64,000 bases of DNA from Mantamonas sphyraenae STR306 (taxonomy: Eukaryota; Protista; CRuMs), in assembly GCA_026936335.1 (NCBI GenBank), contig JAPMXV010000017.1, positions 240,456 to 304,455 of the forward strand, written 5' to 3'. Shown one piece after another: positions 62,901 to 64,000 of this stretch. Within the stretch, counting starts at the first letter, position 1, and every line of letters begins with the position of its first letter. The notes beneath the pieces were generated by a model. That model saw only the letters and a list, made by a program, of their open reading frames with translations. It was not told where the DNA came from and did no database searches. Both the position numbers and the translations under genes were made by a program.

Positions 62901-63507
62901 GAGCGAAGTGCATCTGGGCGGTTTGTCGCGGCTGAGGAGGCGGCAGAGGAGGATAGGCGTAGTATGGGTGGCCCTGATGAGCATATGCGTGGTTTTGCTG
63001 CGGGTAGGTGTTGACAGGGACCCAGATGATGGGTGGTTGTGGGTGCTGGTACGGGTTTTGTACGCCAGAGACGGGCATGTTCGGAAACGGCTGGGCAGCC
63101 ATGGGAGGGACCATGTACCCGTAGCTGTGGGGGGAGACGGGGAGGGGCAGGGCGGGGTGGAACGGTGAGCGGAAGGCGGCATGGACGCCGTCAGGGCAGG
63201 AGCGGGGGTGAAGGGAGGCAGAAACGAGCAAAGAGGGAAAACGGACGAGATTGGCAGACCGGGAAACTGGCAACGGGGAGGGCAGTGACAGGGGAGAGGG
63301 GATCGGAAAAGGGCGGAGAAGGCAGCAACGGTGGTGATGGGGAAGTGGAGATGCAGGCGAGGAGTGCAGGGAAGCAACGGAGGCATGGAGGAGGCAAGGA
63401 AGCGGGAGAAGCGAGCAGTCAGAAAACGGAGTGGAAGGCAGAACGCACGCTGGGTAGGTGGTGGGTGAGTGTTGTTGCTTCGGAGTGTTTGAGTAGTCTT
63501 TGTCCAT
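59947..63507 (-). CDS. Telomere-adjacent protein: P/Q/D-rich N-terminus plus four copies (A-B-A-B) of the unrecognised domain
   Basis: Likely start MDKDYSN at 63507; intron 63125-63448 (GTGCGT..CTGAC..CACAG). About 1.1 kb tandem DNA duplication. C-terminal KRQR. Confidence 0.8.
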   Translation of the reverse strand: MDKDYSNTPKQQHSPTTYPACVLPSTPFSDCSLLPLPCLLHASVASLHSSPASPLPHHHRCCLLRPFPIPSPLSLPSPLPVSRSANLVRFPSLLVSASLHPRSCPDGVHAAFRSPFHPALPLPVSPHSYGYMVPPMAAQPFPNMPVSGVQNPYQHPQPPIIWVPVNTYPQQNHAYAHQGHPYYAYPPLPPPQPRQTAQMHFAQPPLHPPPAQPTTNHNRVPKRISPAFVGITRTTSTTTSSSSSHQATRQTGDSDDDDAYQDTRTHDTGDVEDLMFLNFGHREPRSTSSNSDWMTSSWMEAYEEDGEANDTPQQHVDDEMVTQDTLSFADTGDAMDEEYMPQDDSDDDADDMEQEHTDEWQPRRTSRVRTRRRRGLTSTGPQKMKGSGQRRLKVTAGSGTETGTSSTRARRAKNGDNSAGKKSGVNKTNKLPDGVVRKGWTAGISDERSRSDKKEHTALLKHMHTLANEHPIDDIPDLMTLQARVVVCHGTLSTLVRQIQLALGNIPVSQSDMALCLTLLGRGMDQHACSRAILHAGLAVGITKAGLKVCWLEEPHDHGDPNYALLHLLMTEMDALGNTPHPTSWKEHEQTQLRLQKSRWPADNNSDPHWTQCDFDHHLTTTKEDKWHPESVRSGWNCAPTSDERGSCTAREFQTLLAHMKARAAKHPRHQHAHEQQALRELINNGSLMSLLRHIILALGNVGVPPVDLAFFVRLLRPHLNYKDASSAISHTLSRGVTALSLKIAWIDNPKPSDATLHTLLHTLIDRITSHTTTRPTTIDAFNALRIPELVLPEPSEEEMMAMEDGLPDGVVRSGWTNWRKSERMHSNKKEHTALLNHMYTLANEHPIDDISDLMILQARVVVCHGTLNTLIRQIQLALGNIPLSQGDMALCLTLLGRDVDRHACSLAIHDAGLAMGVTKSELKVCWLEEPHDHGDPNYALLHLLMTEMDTLGDRPHPSTWEEHEQTQLLLQKARRPADNDSDPHWTQCDYDHHLATTNVEKWHPEPVRSGWSSRLSDERGSCTAREFQTLLGHMKARAAKYPRHQHTYEHQALRELINNGSKQSLLRHVILALGNVGVPPVDLAFFLRLLRPRITSLQVQGAISHTLTRGVTSLSLKIAWLDNPKPSDATLHTLLHTLIDRITPHITTRPTAPALVNAYPIPSFTLPKRKDLSSSSSSSKRQRLE
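59990..62220. repeat. Intragenic tandem duplication, two copies of about 1.1 kb
   Basis: About 59990-61090 vs 61090-62220. Long identical stretches; both copies start LPDGVVRxGW. Confidence 0.9.
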
Positions 63508-63782
63508 GGTGGCGGTGGTGGTGGTACTGGAGTGTATGTGGATTGTGTTGGGCAGGTGGAGGGTGTTGTGGGTGTTGGAGATGTTTTGGTTGAAGGCGGA
63601 TGGGCAGTGCTGACTGCGCGGCGTTGCAGGACGACGGCAACTCGCAAGCGACATTTCCACTCCCACCCATTGCCCACTGCGCCATGTCACCATCCAACTC
63701 AGCCATCCCGCCAGACAACACAAGCACAACTCACCTGACATAAACCGGACCCACCACAACAAGGGCGGAAACTCCCATATTG

Positions 63783-64000
63783 AGGGTTAGGGTAGGGTTA
63801 GGGTTAGGGTTAGGGTTAGGGTTAGGGTTAGGGTTAGGGTTAGGGTTAGGGTTAGGGTTAGGGTTAGGGTTAGGGTTAGGGTTAGGGTTAGGGTTAGGGT
63901 TAGGGTTAGGGTTAGGTTAGGGTTAGGGTTAGGGTTAGGGTTAGGGTTAGGGTTAGGGTTAGGGTTAGGGTTAGGGTTAGGGTTAGGGTTAGGGTTAGGG
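63783..64000 (+). repeat. Telomere (TTAGGG)n, right chromosome end
   Basis: About 36 TTAGGG units to the end of the window, with the G-rich strand running toward the end. Two 5-nt variants at 63793 and 63912. Confidence 0.99.

Noticed and set aside
1-64000. CRISPR arrays, tRNA or rRNA genes, alternative genetic code
   Set aside because: No repeat-spacer array or RNA gene signature was seen. Conserved genes read through with the standard code and end at TGA, TAA or TAG.

Overview
Right-hand end of a linear chromosome from a very compact, intron-poor, GC-rich eukaryote. It looks like a protist, but I cannot assign the lineage from the sequence. The window ends in about 36 TTAGGG telomere repeats. 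It holds about 35 protein-coding genes, often separated by only 20-60 bp, with short GT-AG introns that usually carry a CTGAC branch motif. Housekeeping genes include HAS1/DDX18, KIF15, a CK1-family kinase, LSG1, PPWD1, RNF5/185, PAC3, OST3/6, EDEM, PAQR, ESD and MED10. Most interesting: (1) a bacterial-type [Macro-like + SIR2-like NADase]x2 protein whose second SIR2 copy has lost the catalytic His, a candidate eukaryotic NAD-depleting immune effector; (2) a subtelomeric block (54-63.5 kb) in which a Crinkler/RHS-type P-loop NTPase + PD-(D/E)xK nuclease gene sits among paralogues of an unrecognised repeat-domain family and abuts a truncated copy; (3) homologues of plant SDH6 and of the AF4/FMR2 C-terminal domain; (4) a transcription-independent G skew over the telomere-proximal half; (5) three small frame breaks that are probably assembly deletions. 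All family calls come from motif recognition by eye; no database search was run.
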